Notes under the pieces: model-generated
Database searches by the model: none
What the model saw: the letters and a program-made list of their open reading frames with translations, nothing else
Told to the model about the DNA's origin: nothing
Translations under genes and position numbers: made by a program
Shown here: positions 1 to 10,000 of the stretch, piece after piece
Layout of the letters: every line of letters begins with the position of its first letter
Numbering within the stretch: the stretch's first letter is position 1
NCBI GenBank assembly: GCA_964589775.1
Contig: CAZPUN010000017.1
Span: 30,001 to 62,000 of the forward strand
Origin: an uncultured archaeon
GTDB taxonomy: Archaea > Asgardarchaeota > Thorarchaeia > Thorarchaeales > CAZPUN01
Length of the DNA: 32,000 nucleotides
Reading direction: 5' to 3'

Positions 1-1
1 C

Positions 2-82
2 AATCCATTATTTGGCTATGATAAAGGAAGCGGTACAACTGCAGTAGATGTAAAGATTACATTAACAAAGCTAAAAGATTAA
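2..82 (+). CDS. 3' end of probable ADP-forming acetate/acyl-CoA ligase beta (ATP-grasp) subunit, partial
   Basis: Frame 2 reads NPLFGYDKGSGTTAVDVKITLTKLKD* (TAA 80-82), resembling the ACD beta C-terminal pattern NP(L/V)FxYxxGxGxxAVDxxI. Confidence 0.65.
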   Translation, partial: NPLFGYDKGSGTTAVDVKITLTKLKD

Positions 83-90
83 AAAGCATC

Positions 91-103
91 AAACTTATAT
101 ATG
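91..103 (+). promoter_or_regulatory. Putative archaeal TATA box
   Basis: AAAC-TTATATA (95-101) lies about 21 nt upstream of the structured element starting at ~122. Confidence 0.5.
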
Positions 104-121
104 TGTAATACATAATATGAT

Positions 122-230
122 ATGAGTCTTTTACACCCGCATAAGACTCAAAGCGTGAGTAAAACCGTGTGCTAGGGGAGGATGGCCAGCCTTTTTTAAG
201 GCCTGGCCGCCTCCATCTTAGTTTTCCTTT
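122..230 (+). ncRNA. Candidate structured non-coding RNA (two hairpins, possible pseudoknot)
   Basis: GC-rich island. TGAGTCTT(123-130)/AAGACTCA(143-150) stem, long hairpin 171-222 (GGAGG/CCTCC, TGGCCAG/CTGGCCG, CCTT/AAGG), upstream TATA and T-rich tail. Confidence 0.55.
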
Positions 231-278
231 CTCGTTTATGAAATATTTATGTATATTAAATTGAAAAGGGAATAAATT

Positions 279-1232
279 ATGCAGGCAGGGGATACGACAA
301 TCAGCAAAATAAAAATAATAAAAGGGTGTCCTTGTTTTAAAAAAATAAATGATTTGAATGTCTGTATCTTGAATGATGTTGCACGCAAGATTTCAGTAAT
401 GGAATTAGATCCTGCAATTATTGGAGATAACCCCGATATTGAAACATTAAAACAATTCAAAGCAAAAGATAATGATGAATGCTATCTTCTAACCTACCTA
501 AATTATGAAGATAATCATGTATATTGTATATCAAAAGATACAAAACTCATTTTAAACAATCAAGAAATTCGAAGTAACGATGTTGAAGAAGCGCTATTTT
601 TTGTTTCGCGAAGTGAATTAGAAAGTAATGAGATCTGTTCAACATGCTTATACAAATATATAATTACAATAAATCCACTATTTGAAAATAAATATAGCCG
701 TGAAGAAAAAGCTGAGAAGATCAAGGAATACATAAAAAATATAACCGAAAGAATTATTGAAGCGCTAAGCAGCACTGAAGAAAAAATGTTCGCAGATTAT
801 TCCTTAGGCAAACCAGTAATAGATGATGCAAACTATTTTACAGCACTAAATTTATACATAGAATCATTAATGAAGCATGAAAAGTACCTAGAGCACTTGT
901 TAAAAACAACCCGATTTAGATATCGTAAAGAACGCCATCTTTTACAAAAAAGAATTGAATTGGTTAAATTAGAATACAAATTTTATTTTCAAACAAAAGT
1001 ATTAGAGAAATCAACAGATATTCAGACTACAGAAAAGATTCTTCAGATATTATTAGACACTGCAGATAAAATAATTGATGTAAATAAATCACTAATGGAA
1101 ATTATAAGTTATCTAAACACAAAGAAACGATTTGCAAAAAAGGAAATAAAAGAAATTGTTAAGAATTATCCAATAAAATCACTGGCAATTGAGCATAATT
1201 TTGGAAATCTACTAAAGATTCTAACATTTTAA
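279..1232 (+). CDS. Hypothetical protein with Cys-containing N-terminal half and helical C-terminal half
   Basis: 317-aa ORF with CPC and CSTC motifs; no family recognised. Confidence 0.7.
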   Translation: MQAGDTTISKIKIIKGCPCFKKINDLNVCILNDVARKISVMELDPAIIGDNPDIETLKQFKAKDNDECYLLTYLNYEDNHVYCISKDTKLILNNQEIRSNDVEEALFFVSRSELESNEICSTCLYKYIITINPLFENKYSREEKAEKIKEYIKNITERIIEALSSTEEKMFADYSLGKPVIDDANYFTALNLYIESLMKHEKYLEHLLKTTRFRYRKERHLLQKRIELVKLEYKFYFQTKVLEKSTDIQTTEKILQILLDTADKIIDVNKSLMEIISYLNTKKRFAKKEIKEIVKNYPIKSLAIEHNFGNLLKILTF

Positions 1233-2185
1233 CCATAGAACTCTTTTAGCCAACGTACATATTTTCGGATGCCATCTTCTGTAGAAACTTTAGATTCCCA
1301 ACCAAGATTCTTAAGCTTTGATAGGTCTGGTAATGTTATGGGTACATCACCCACCCAGCCACGGTCACCACCAGTATATCTGAATTTCACGTCTCCCAAA
1401 CTTAATTCATCAATTATGATTTTTGCAATTTCATTGACAGTTATTTGAGATTCACTACCAATATTAAACGGAATATAGCCTCCAGACACATGAGACGCCA
1501 CAAATAAACTCGCATCAATACAATCAGAAATGTACATGTAGGATTTATTCTGTAATCCATTACCTAGAATTTCTAATTCATGAGGATTCTTTTTTAACTT
1601 GAAGTAAAAATCGTATATGACACCATGATTGGAACGTGGACCAAAAATATTAGCATATCTTAGAGATACTGCAGTAAATCCATATGAGTTTGAAAAACTT
1701 GATAGGTACATTTCGATAGCTGCTTTTGCAGCACCATAATTACTAATAGGGCGTAATGGTTGATTTTCCGGAGTAGGTAACGGAGGCTTGTCACCATAAA
1801 TAGTTCCTCCTGAAGATGCAAAAACAATTTCACTAATATCATTCTTTCGCATTAGTTCTAAAATATTAATACTACCACGAACATTAATCTCAAAATCGTA
1901 AATTGGTTCCGCAATACTTTTCTTCACATCAGGTTGTGCGGCATAGTGAAAAACTAAATCAATATCACGCAGAGAACGCTTTACATCATCAATATTTCTA
2001 ATATCACCCTTTATAAACGTAATTTGATTACTTTTTATTAAACCATCTATGAATTTTGTAGTGGATGCACTTAAATTATCGAGTACAGTGATTTCATTAT
2101 CATTTACAAGCGCATCTACAAGATGACTCCCAATGAATCCAGCACCACCAGTAATTAATATATTACGATCTTTTAGCTTGACCAA
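1229..2185 (-). CDS. NAD-dependent epimerase/dehydratase (UDP-glucose 4-epimerase-like extended SDR)
   Basis: ITGGAGFIGSH, YGAAK (YxxxK), LRYANIFGP; TTG start with GAGGTG upstream. Confidence 0.93.
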   Translation of the reverse strand: MVKLKDRNILITGGAGFIGSHLVDALVNDNEITVLDNLSASTTKFIDGLIKSNQITFIKGDIRNIDDVKRSLRDIDLVFHYAAQPDVKKSIAEPIYDFEINVRGSINILELMRKNDISEIVFASSGGTIYGDKPPLPTPENQPLRPISNYGAAKAAIEMYLSSFSNSYGFTAVSLRYANIFGPRSNHGVIYDFYFKLKKNPHELEILGNGLQNKSYMYISDCIDASLFVASHVSGGYIPFNIGSESQITVNEIAKIIIDELSLGDVKFRYTGGDRGWVGDVPITLPDLSKLKNLGWESKVSTEDGIRKYVRWLKEFYG

Positions 2186-2255
2186 AAGAATACACCTCTA
2201 TGAAATTAAATCACCTACAAAAAATGGTATTAACTATATATAAGTATCGAAAAGA

Positions 2256-2807
2256 TTATTCAAAATACGCAATGATTCTTGATATAAAAGTGTATAAATC
2301 ATCGCGCACCTTTTTAGAAAAAACTAACAAATTCCAATCACGAACAAATGAGTAGAAATCATTTATTTCGGAAAGTACAATAGTGCCAAGATTAATTAGA
2401 TCATCATCAGAAATTTCATCGCCTTTTCCAATGCCTTCGCAAATAGAGTATTTAAAGGAAAATCCCCATCTTAGCCAACTATTCTCTTTAGAAAATGTAA
2501 AAGGAAATGAACGGCATACAAGAGGTCGATATTCATAAATATTACATGTATTATTACTATTAAGGAAAATACATTTGCCAGAATTATCTTTCTTCAATGA
2601 AACAATATTATTATGGTCATACAGCCGAACCGTTGGCATAACTAATGTGTGTTCAATTGGATCTAAAATCAAAGAAATTTTAGACATTACTTCTGAAATA
2701 TCATTGAATTTAAGATAAAGTCGATAAATATCTTTGTGGGTCAATGTTATGTAGATATCAGGGTCACTACAACATCGACCACACAAAGTACATTTGAATT
2801 TGACCAT
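2256..2807 (-). CDS. YkgJ-family Cys-cluster (CxxCxxCC) protein
   Basis: FKCTLCGRCC, CIFL, CNIYEYRPLVCRSFPF; start moved to ATG 2807 to avoid overlap with the aminotransferase. Confidence 0.88.
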   Translation of the reverse strand: MVKFKCTLCGRCCSDPDIYITLTHKDIYRLYLKFNDISEVMSKISLILDPIEHTLVMPTVRLYDHNNIVSLKKDNSGKCIFLNSNNTCNIYEYRPLVCRSFPFTFSKENSWLRWGFSFKYSICEGIGKGDEISDDDLINLGTIVLSEINDFYSFVRDWNLLVFSKKVRDDLYTFISRIIAYFE

Positions 2808-2862
2808 ACAAACACACCAAGAACCAAAATAAAAAAGAAAAGATAGATAAAGATTTCCAAAA

Positions 2863-4038
2863 TCACGAGATTGCAAAAACGTTTTCTTCAATGTATTTCT
2901 TGAGAAGCCCTAAGCCCACTTTTAATTCCTCTAACGATACTGAAAATGAAATTCGCAGATGACCTTGCCCAGCTTCACCAAACGCACTTCCGGGTGTTGT
3001 GCATACCCCGGTTTCTCTTAATAATTCCTCAGCAAATGTCTTATCTTCAATACCAAGTTCAGAAAAGTCAGGAAATATATAAAAAGTACCTTTCGGCTTA
3101 GTCACCTTGACACCATCAATACTCTTAACAATTTTATAAACAACATCTAATCGGCGCTTATATTCTGAAACCATTCTCTTTATTGAGTCTTGAGGCCCAC
3201 GCAAAGCTTCTATTCCAGCATATTGCACAAAACTTGTAGCACAAGTAGTAGTATTCTGTTGAATGCGGACCATATTTGAAATGACTTCAGGGTTGGATAA
3301 GGCATACCCTAATCGCCAGCCAGTCATACTATATGATTTCGAAAAACCATTAATAATCACAGTGTGCTCAAGATTTGGATCAATATCTAACATGCTTGTT
3401 ATAGGCTCATCAGTATAAATTAGCTTGTCATAAATTTCATCCGAAAAAACATGAAGATTGTAATCTTCAGCAATATCAGAAATAGCCTTCATTGCATCTT
3501 TATTTAAAATACCACCAGTAGGATTATTAGGAGTATTAATTATAATTCCTTGAGTTTTAGGGGTCAATCTAGACTTTAAAACTTCCTCATCAAAATGATA
3601 ATCGTCTCCTGCAGGAACAACAACTGGTCGAGCACGAGCCGCACGAACCATCACTAAATAAGAAGGCCATGCAGGCGTAAGAATTAACACCTCACGTAGT
3701 GGATCGATTGATGATAGAATTGATGCGAATAACGCAAATTTTGCACCAGGAGTTACAATAACTTGAGTTTTAGGGTCTATATGTCCATGCATCAGATATG
3801 TTTCGCTAATAGCTTCGCGAAGCTCAAAGATACCACGTGCAGAAGTATAACCAGTATGCCCTAATTCCAAGGCATTTCTTGCAGCATCAATAATATTTCG
3901 AGGTGTTGGAAAATCAGGCTGCCCTACTTCAAAATGATAAACACGCTTTCCAGTGGATTCACGTTCCTTTGCAAGCTCGAACATGCGCAACGTAGCAGAT
4001 TCAGGGATATAGCCCATCCATTTGCCAGTCCAATTCAT
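2863..4038 (-). CDS. PLP-dependent class I/II aminotransferase (aspartate aminotransferase-like)
   Basis: GQPDFPTP, INTPNNPTG, SDEIY, GFSKSYSMTGWRLGY, PGSAFG. Confidence 0.95.
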   Translation of the reverse strand: MNWTGKWMGYIPESATLRMFELAKERESTGKRVYHFEVGQPDFPTPRNIIDAARNALELGHTGYTSARGIFELREAISETYLMHGHIDPKTQVIVTPGAKFALFASILSSIDPLREVLILTPAWPSYLVMVRAARARPVVVPAGDDYHFDEEVLKSRLTPKTQGIIINTPNNPTGGILNKDAMKAISDIAEDYNLHVFSDEIYDKLIYTDEPITSMLDIDPNLEHTVIINGFSKSYSMTGWRLGYALSNPEVISNMVRIQQNTTTCATSFVQYAGIEALRGPQDSIKRMVSEYKRRLDVVYKIVKSIDGVKVTKPKGTFYIFPDFSELGIEDKTFAEELLRETGVCTTPGSAFGEAGQGHLRISFSVSLEELKVGLGLLKKYIEENVFAIS

Positions 4039-4208
4039 CTTAAAGACCAGACCATTATTTTTAATTGAGTAATATAATGCATTTCGTGCGGTACATTTAA
4101 TACTTTTAATCCTTACGATTTAATATATTTATTTTTTAAGTAAATAAATGTATAATATATAAAAATGATTTTCGAAATAAGTATATATATTTATGAATAT
4201 AATACAAG

Positions 4209-5252
4209 GTGAATTTTGTGACTGATCTCCTAAAAGAACGATACTCACGTCAAATTAAGGTTCCAATTATTGGACAAAAAGGCCAATTAAAAATAAAACA
4301 CGCACGAGTAGCAGTCATAGGAGCAGGAGGATTAGGATCACAATTAATTTACCAAATTGTAGGACTTGGAGTTGGATTTTTGAGAATAGTAGACCGCGAT
4401 TTTGTAAGTATATCAAACTTGCACAGACAAATTTTATACACAACAGAAGATATTGGACGCCCAAAAGTTGAAGTTGCAGAAGAAAAATGCAAAAAGATGA
4501 ATCCGGAAATATCAATCGACGCAATACATACAACGATTAACAAATACAATGCATATGAGATCGTAAAGGATGTAGATATAGTTCTAGATGGCTTAGATTC
4601 GTTCCAAGTTCGAAAATATATTGCAGATGCATGTTGGGAATTAAATAAACCATATATTTTTGGAGGTGCAAAACTACTATATGGGAACGTATCAACATTC
4701 ATACGGGATAAGAGTCCATGTTTTAGTTGTGTATTCGAAAACATGATGGACGAAGCGCCTTGTGTAGAATTTGGAATAATACCCGAAATATTAGGAGTGG
4801 TTGCATCAATACAAGTAATGGAAGCACTCTATATAATATTAGGAAAAAAGCCAAATTTAATTGGAAAGATGTTATATATTGATTTGAGTGACCTTTCATT
4901 TGAAAGAATAGACTTATTTGGAGAGAAAAATTGTAACTTATGTAATAAAGAGGATGATAAAATGATAGACAAACAGGATGTCGTCATTTCAATCTTATGT
5001 GATGGAAAAACATATGACATTTCACCAAAAAAATTCATAAATATCAATTTAAGTAAAGTCAAGGAAATTGTTGAACCAGAATATAAAGTAGATGTAATGA
5101 CAAGAAATGGTATAATTTTCTGGTATTCCCCAGAAACAAAAATAAGCTTAATGAAACGGGGATCCATGGTAATAACAGGTGTAGATACAGAAGAAAAAGC
5201 ATTAAAAATTTATGAAACGATAATGAGTAAAATAGAAGATGCCATCAGCTAG
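4209..5252 (+). CDS. ThiF/MoeB/E1-like adenylyltransferase with C-terminal TBP-like domain
   Basis: GAGGLG, DRDFVSISNLHRQ, PCFSC and NCNLC Zn pairs, putative catalytic Cys in PCVEFG; tail GSMVITGVDTEEKALKIYE. Confidence 0.9.
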   Translation: MNFVTDLLKERYSRQIKVPIIGQKGQLKIKHARVAVIGAGGLGSQLIYQIVGLGVGFLRIVDRDFVSISNLHRQILYTTEDIGRPKVEVAEEKCKKMNPEISIDAIHTTINKYNAYEIVKDVDIVLDGLDSFQVRKYIADACWELNKPYIFGGAKLLYGNVSTFIRDKSPCFSCVFENMMDEAPCVEFGIIPEILGVVASIQVMEALYIILGKKPNLIGKMLYIDLSDLSFERIDLFGEKNCNLCNKEDDKMIDKQDVVISILCDGKTYDISPKKFININLSKVKEIVEPEYKVDVMTRNGIIFWYSPETKISLMKRGSMVITGVDTEEKALKIYETIMSKIEDAIS

Positions 5253-5683
5253 GCACTGAAAAACAATCGACGACGACGATCATCAATATTTTCTTTTTCT
5301 TGCTTATTTACAATTGTCTTTGTTTCCACAGTATCATCAGACAATCGAGACCAAATATCTTCAAGATCATCAATAAATTCCGGTTGAGTATCAAATTTTT
5401 TATCCTTGTTAGGTATAGAATCATTTGATTCTGCATAATCAAAAGTTCTTCTCTTTTCATAGACACCAGATGTGACTTGACGGGAGGTATGAATATCAAC
5501 ACCAAGTAAATTAAACAGAGACTCAGTATAAGTATCACTTACCTTCTCGATGGCATTAACGATAAATTGTGCAGTTTCTACATACAGTTCAGGATTCTTT
5601 TTCAATTCTAAATATTTCTTAACAAGCAGCAGTCCATCTAAAACGCCTTTCCAGTAATCAAAGTCACTCTTGGTATTTAACAT
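5249..5683 (-). CDS. Hypothetical protein: helical N-domain plus acidic disordered tail
   Basis: ATG 5683 preceded by GGTGAA SD-like motif; divergent from the 5812 gene. Confidence 0.7.
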   Translation of the reverse strand: MLNTKSDFDYWKGVLDGLLLVKKYLELKKNPELYVETAQFIVNAIEKVSDTYTESLFNLLGVDIHTSRQVTSGVYEKRRTFDYAESNDSIPNKDKKFDTQPEFIDDLEDIWSRLSDDTVETKTIVNKQEKENIDDRRRRLFFSA

Positions 5684-5811
5684 AATTAAATTCACCAAAT
5701 AGATTTTACTGAAAAACAAATTAGACTTTATGTATTACGTGCAATCATATAAAAAAGCCTTTTATAAAGAAAATTAGATATTAGATATAATATAGACAAG
5801 GGAGATAGAAG

Positions 5812-6249
5812 ATGACAAATAAAAAGAAGAAATATCTTTTCAAGATTACCGTAGATGGTCCAAATGATGCTCTAAATCAAGATGTTTTAAAAATTATAAC
5901 ACAATCATATGTACAGATACACGGACTTGGAATTTATGAAACTACAAAAGAAACAGACAACGAACAAATAAATACTGTGATAATGTCTCCAAAGCATGAT
6001 GCAATGCATTTTATCTTATCGCTTTCATATAAAAGAAGTTCCGGAGCCTTAATTGTTTTGGAAGAAAAATATAAAGATCGAGTCCATGAATACGAAGAAC
6101 GCGTTGTCAAAAATGCAGGAGAAATTCCAACACGTATAATCGTGATACCAAAGGAAACAAATTCAGAAGAGCTTAAGAAATTAGTAGAGAAATATCTCGA
6201 CGAATTAATAGATGCAATTATTGAAATAAAAATAGGTGGAAATAAGTGA
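5812..6249 (+). CDS. Degenerate Rab/Ras-like small GTPase-fold protein (pseudo-GTPase)
   Basis: KYLFKITVDG, GLGIYETTKETDNEQINTVIMSP, SYKRSSGALIV, GEIPTRIIV follow the Rab strand/helix order; GKS/T, DxxG and NKxD absent. Confidence 0.6.
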   Translation: MTNKKKKYLFKITVDGPNDALNQDVLKIITQSYVQIHGLGIYETTKETDNEQINTVIMSPKHDAMHFILSLSYKRSSGALIVLEEKYKDRVHEYEERVVKNAGEIPTRIIVIPKETNSEELKKLVEKYLDELIDAIIEIKIGGNK

Positions 6250-6587
6250 AATACACCTATTTTATATATATTGGTTTTAGTTTAATTTTGTTAGGGAGTA
6301 TACTTTTAATTTTTGGAACTGAAAATATGGACTCTATTCTAATTATATTTCCATTTATAATTACTACAGATAATAATCCATTAATAATTATTATCACGTT
6401 TAGTATCGCAATATTCATACCACTCCTTATAATGCTTAATATTTTTAATTTTAATAATGAACAAAAATACAAGAAATGCCCAAAGTGTAAAGCAATTTCC
6501 GTAAGAGATGCAAGTTTCTGTTGGAATTGTGGATACAAGTTTGATGATGAAAATGATGAGCATATCAATTCGGAAAGCAACAATTGA
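6246..6587 (+). CDS. Small membrane protein with C-terminal zinc ribbon
   Basis: Hydrophobic segments followed by CPKC...CWNCG; GTGA overlap with upstream stop. Confidence 0.8.
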   Translation: MKYTYFIYIGFSLILLGSILLIFGTENMDSILIIFPFIITTDNNPLIIIITFSIAIFIPLLIMLNIFNFNNEQKYKKCPKCKAISVRDASFCWNCGYKFDDENDEHINSESNN

Positions 6588-7014
6588 AGATATCGATGTA
6601 ATCGTAAAAATTGAGGAATCCTGCTTTATTGATAATTGGGATTTTGATACATTTTATGAGATTTTAACTTCAGGAAGTTCGTTTAGTCTAAATAAAAGTA
6701 ACATACACATATATGTTGCAACCTTTGAAGATATTATAATAGGATACATATGTTTTTCAATCAACAAAACAGTTGGGCATATTCTTAATTTTGCAGTTTT
6801 TAGAGATTATAGAAATAAAGGAGTCGGTACCAAGTTATTAAAAAACGCAATTAACATAATGAGAGAAAACGGATGTAAAAGAATAATTTTAGAAGTTTCT
6901 ACTATTAATGAGAATGCAATATCGTTATATAAAAAATTCGGATTCAAAAATAAAAAAATATTGAAAAATTATTATCGAATGAATGATGCATATCGTTTTG
7001 AATTGATACTTTAA
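6553..7014 (+). CDS. RimI/Ard1-like GNAT N-terminal acetyltransferase
   Basis: IRKATIEDI, GHILNFAV...YRNKGVG, LEVSTINENAISLYKKFGF, YY...DAY; start likely ATG 6553 or 6556. Confidence 0.9.
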   Translation: MMSISIRKATIEDIDVIVKIEESCFIDNWDFDTFYEILTSGSSFSLNKSNIHIYVATFEDIIIGYICFSINKTVGHILNFAVFRDYRNKGVGTKLLKNAINIMRENGCKRIILEVSTINENAISLYKKFGFKNKKILKNYYRMNDAYRFELIL

Positions 7015-10000
7015 GATCCTCTCCTAAATTTTATTAGCTGAGGTCCAATGATTTCAGAATAGATTTTTACATAACCAGGATCTATTGATACCAATGAAAC
7101 AATGGGTGCTTTTTGTGCTTGTGGAGCTAATAGTAATTCTTCAGAATCCCTAAGACAAATGTAAGAAGGAATTTCTCCAGTCCAGATTTCCCAGCCTAGG
7201 TCCTTTATTTTTTGATACAACTCATGAGTTTTCTTTAATGGTGAAATAAGAACACGCTTTGCACCTGTTGGGACTTGTGATAACTGCTCAACAGAAATTG
7301 ATTCAATATCTGGAACAGATAAAATAACGATCGATTTTGTTCTACTGAGCATATCTGATATGTGGGCAATTATTGCGTCTTTTCCGGTGATATGCCAAGT
7401 GAGTTCAGAACCAGGTGGGATAAACCGATCTGTGATTTTCCATAATTCTTCTAATAATTGAGAGAATTTGGTAGTTTCAGAAATTGCAGATTGCGAACTT
7501 TCAATGATCTTCTTAAATGATTTGTTTATTTTTGTATCATATGAAGAAAGATCAGTTTTTACCTTTTTACCAATAGTGTCAAAAATTTCTTTTGTTTCAG
7601 AAATCATTTTTGAACTTTCACGATTTATAATCAAATTGAGTTCATCAGACACACTATCAATTTCGGATTTTGTTGTTTGATTTATTTGATTTACCAAATT
7701 AGATATTTTTGTCTCAAGAGATTTGATATTACGTTTAACAATTACATTAATATTTTTCCCAGTAGTTTCTGTAACTTTACGGATATTATTTATTGAACCT
7801 GAGATAATACTTTCAATAGCTTCAGTATTACCAGTTAAGTGCTGAATTACTGAATTAAGAAGCTTAGAATGCGTATCACTAATTGAATTTGCAGTGCTTA
7901 TGAATGCAGTATTAGAGCTATTTAGAGATTCTGAAACTAATGATAATGAGTTATCGATATTGTTTATAGACATATTTTGATATTCAGATAAAGCAGAATT
8001 GAACTTTGAGAATATTTCATCATGCTTTGATTTTAGTGCAGTAAAGTTATCATTTATTACGGAAACAATATTGTCATTAATTTGAGACGTTATAGTTCGA
8101 GTAATATCGATTGATTTATTGATTTCATTTTCAAGAATTGTTCGCATCTTACCAGTGAGATTTATCTTTAGTGAATTAAGTAATTCGATGTTTTCAGACT
8201 TAATGTTATCTATTTGCTCATATGAGTCCTTAATTATTATAGATACACGATCTGATGATGCTTCTGCAGTAGTTACTAAATTCAATAAGCCAGAAGAAAT
8301 TTGGTCGCGTGCATTTGCAATAAGACCATCGGTCTTCATTTTAATCGATTTAATAGTATCATCAAGGGTCTTATCTAATAAAATTCGATCTTCGGATATA
8401 GATTCAACAAGCGTATTTATAGAATTAATAAATACACTCTGTTTTTCAGATATTGATTGATCATAGAATTCATCAATTTTCGTAAATGAGTTAGATATTT
8501 CAGAGAATATATCTTGCAAAACCTCTTTTTGGGAGTTTGCATAGGATTCGACATATTTGTTAATAGATAGGGAAATTTTGTTAATCTGATTTATTGATTT
8601 AGATATAGTAGATTGAGATAATTCTCGAATTGTTGATTCAGATTCATTAATTTTTGATGAAAGAGATTCACTAACACCAGTTAATTCCTCATGGATTGGT
8701 GTAGAGATACTATCATATAGATCATGAGATCGTTGTGTATAGCTTGATAATAATTTCTTCAGAGAGGTATCAAGGGTAGAAACCATTTCTTGCGTTTCAA
8801 GAATGTTGTTGTTAACAAGTTCATTGAGTTCTGCCTGAACTGCATTAAGCTTTTCATCAACCGTTTTAACATACTTATCTAAGACACCCTCAATATTTGA
8901 TTTGATTAATTGAGAATGCTCGTTGATTTTCTTCAATTCACTGTTGACGAGTTCAGTAAATTCAGTATATGACTTTCGAATCTGAACTTTAGTATCATCA
9001 ATATGGCTTTCTAGAAACTGGTTCATAGAATATTCAAACGAATGTACCATGTCAATAAAACTTGAAATCATTTGTTCAGAGAATTTTTTGAATTCTTGCT
9101 TTATTCTTTCTTTTTCAGCATCTAGCTTTGAAACTTGGGAATCTACAAGCTTTACTACTGTCTCATTTAAAGATCCGGCATAATCATTTATTTTCGTCAA
9201 ACTAGAGGTTATCTCTTCAAAAATTACTGTGTCAAGATTGTTTAGTACATTTCTAATTTCATCACTTAGAGATTTTGAGATTTGAGAATATGCAGATTCA
9301 ACCTCATCGATCTTTGAAGATATTGAAGATTTATAACGATTTATCAAATCAAGAATTTCATCTAATGTTGATGTGGATAATTCATCACTGGACTTGCTAA
9401 ACTCATCGATATATGTTTTAACAATTTGCTGAACTTTAGATAGGGATTCATCAACCGCATTTTTTACGTCTCTAAGATTTGATATAGAGGTATTCGCAGT
9501 TGAATCAATAGTATCACGAACTTCTTTGATTAACTTCTTGTGTTCAGCATCAATACTTTTTGTTATTTCATGACTCTTAGCAGTATATTCTTCATTTAGT
9601 AATTTGAATGATTTTTCAATTTCGTCTTTGATTGTTGATTCAACACTATGTACAACTTCCTTACCAGATAGACTTATTGACTCAGCTAATGATTTTAATT
9701 GCTCTAGATATTCCTTTCGCTTTTTATACAATTGCTCGTATTCATTTAAAATTGCAGAACGAGAGTTTTTCAAAAAAGTATCTTCTAGACTATGGATTCT
9801 TTCCAATTGTGCTATTGCAGAAGATCTTATAATCTCAATATACGTATCAATTCCATTTCGCCATTCATCAATCTCGTTATTAACCGCAGCTAAGCTATCA
9901 CGCGCATTCTCAAAAGCCTTCTCCACAGATTTTAGAATTTCTTGATTACTTGTATCAATTTCACCAATTGCATGTTCTAAAGAAGTTCTTGCATCATCAC

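Noticed and set aside
122-175. preQ1-I riboswitch or pistol ribozyme match (TACACCC, AAGCGT)
   Set aside because: Only short words match; stem and loop arrangement differs from those families
2808-2891. N-terminal extensions given by the ORF track (YkgJ; likewise adk, uL6, RimI, RimK, uL30)
   Set aside because: They overlap neighbours or T-rich intergenic tracts; downstream ATGs fit family starts better
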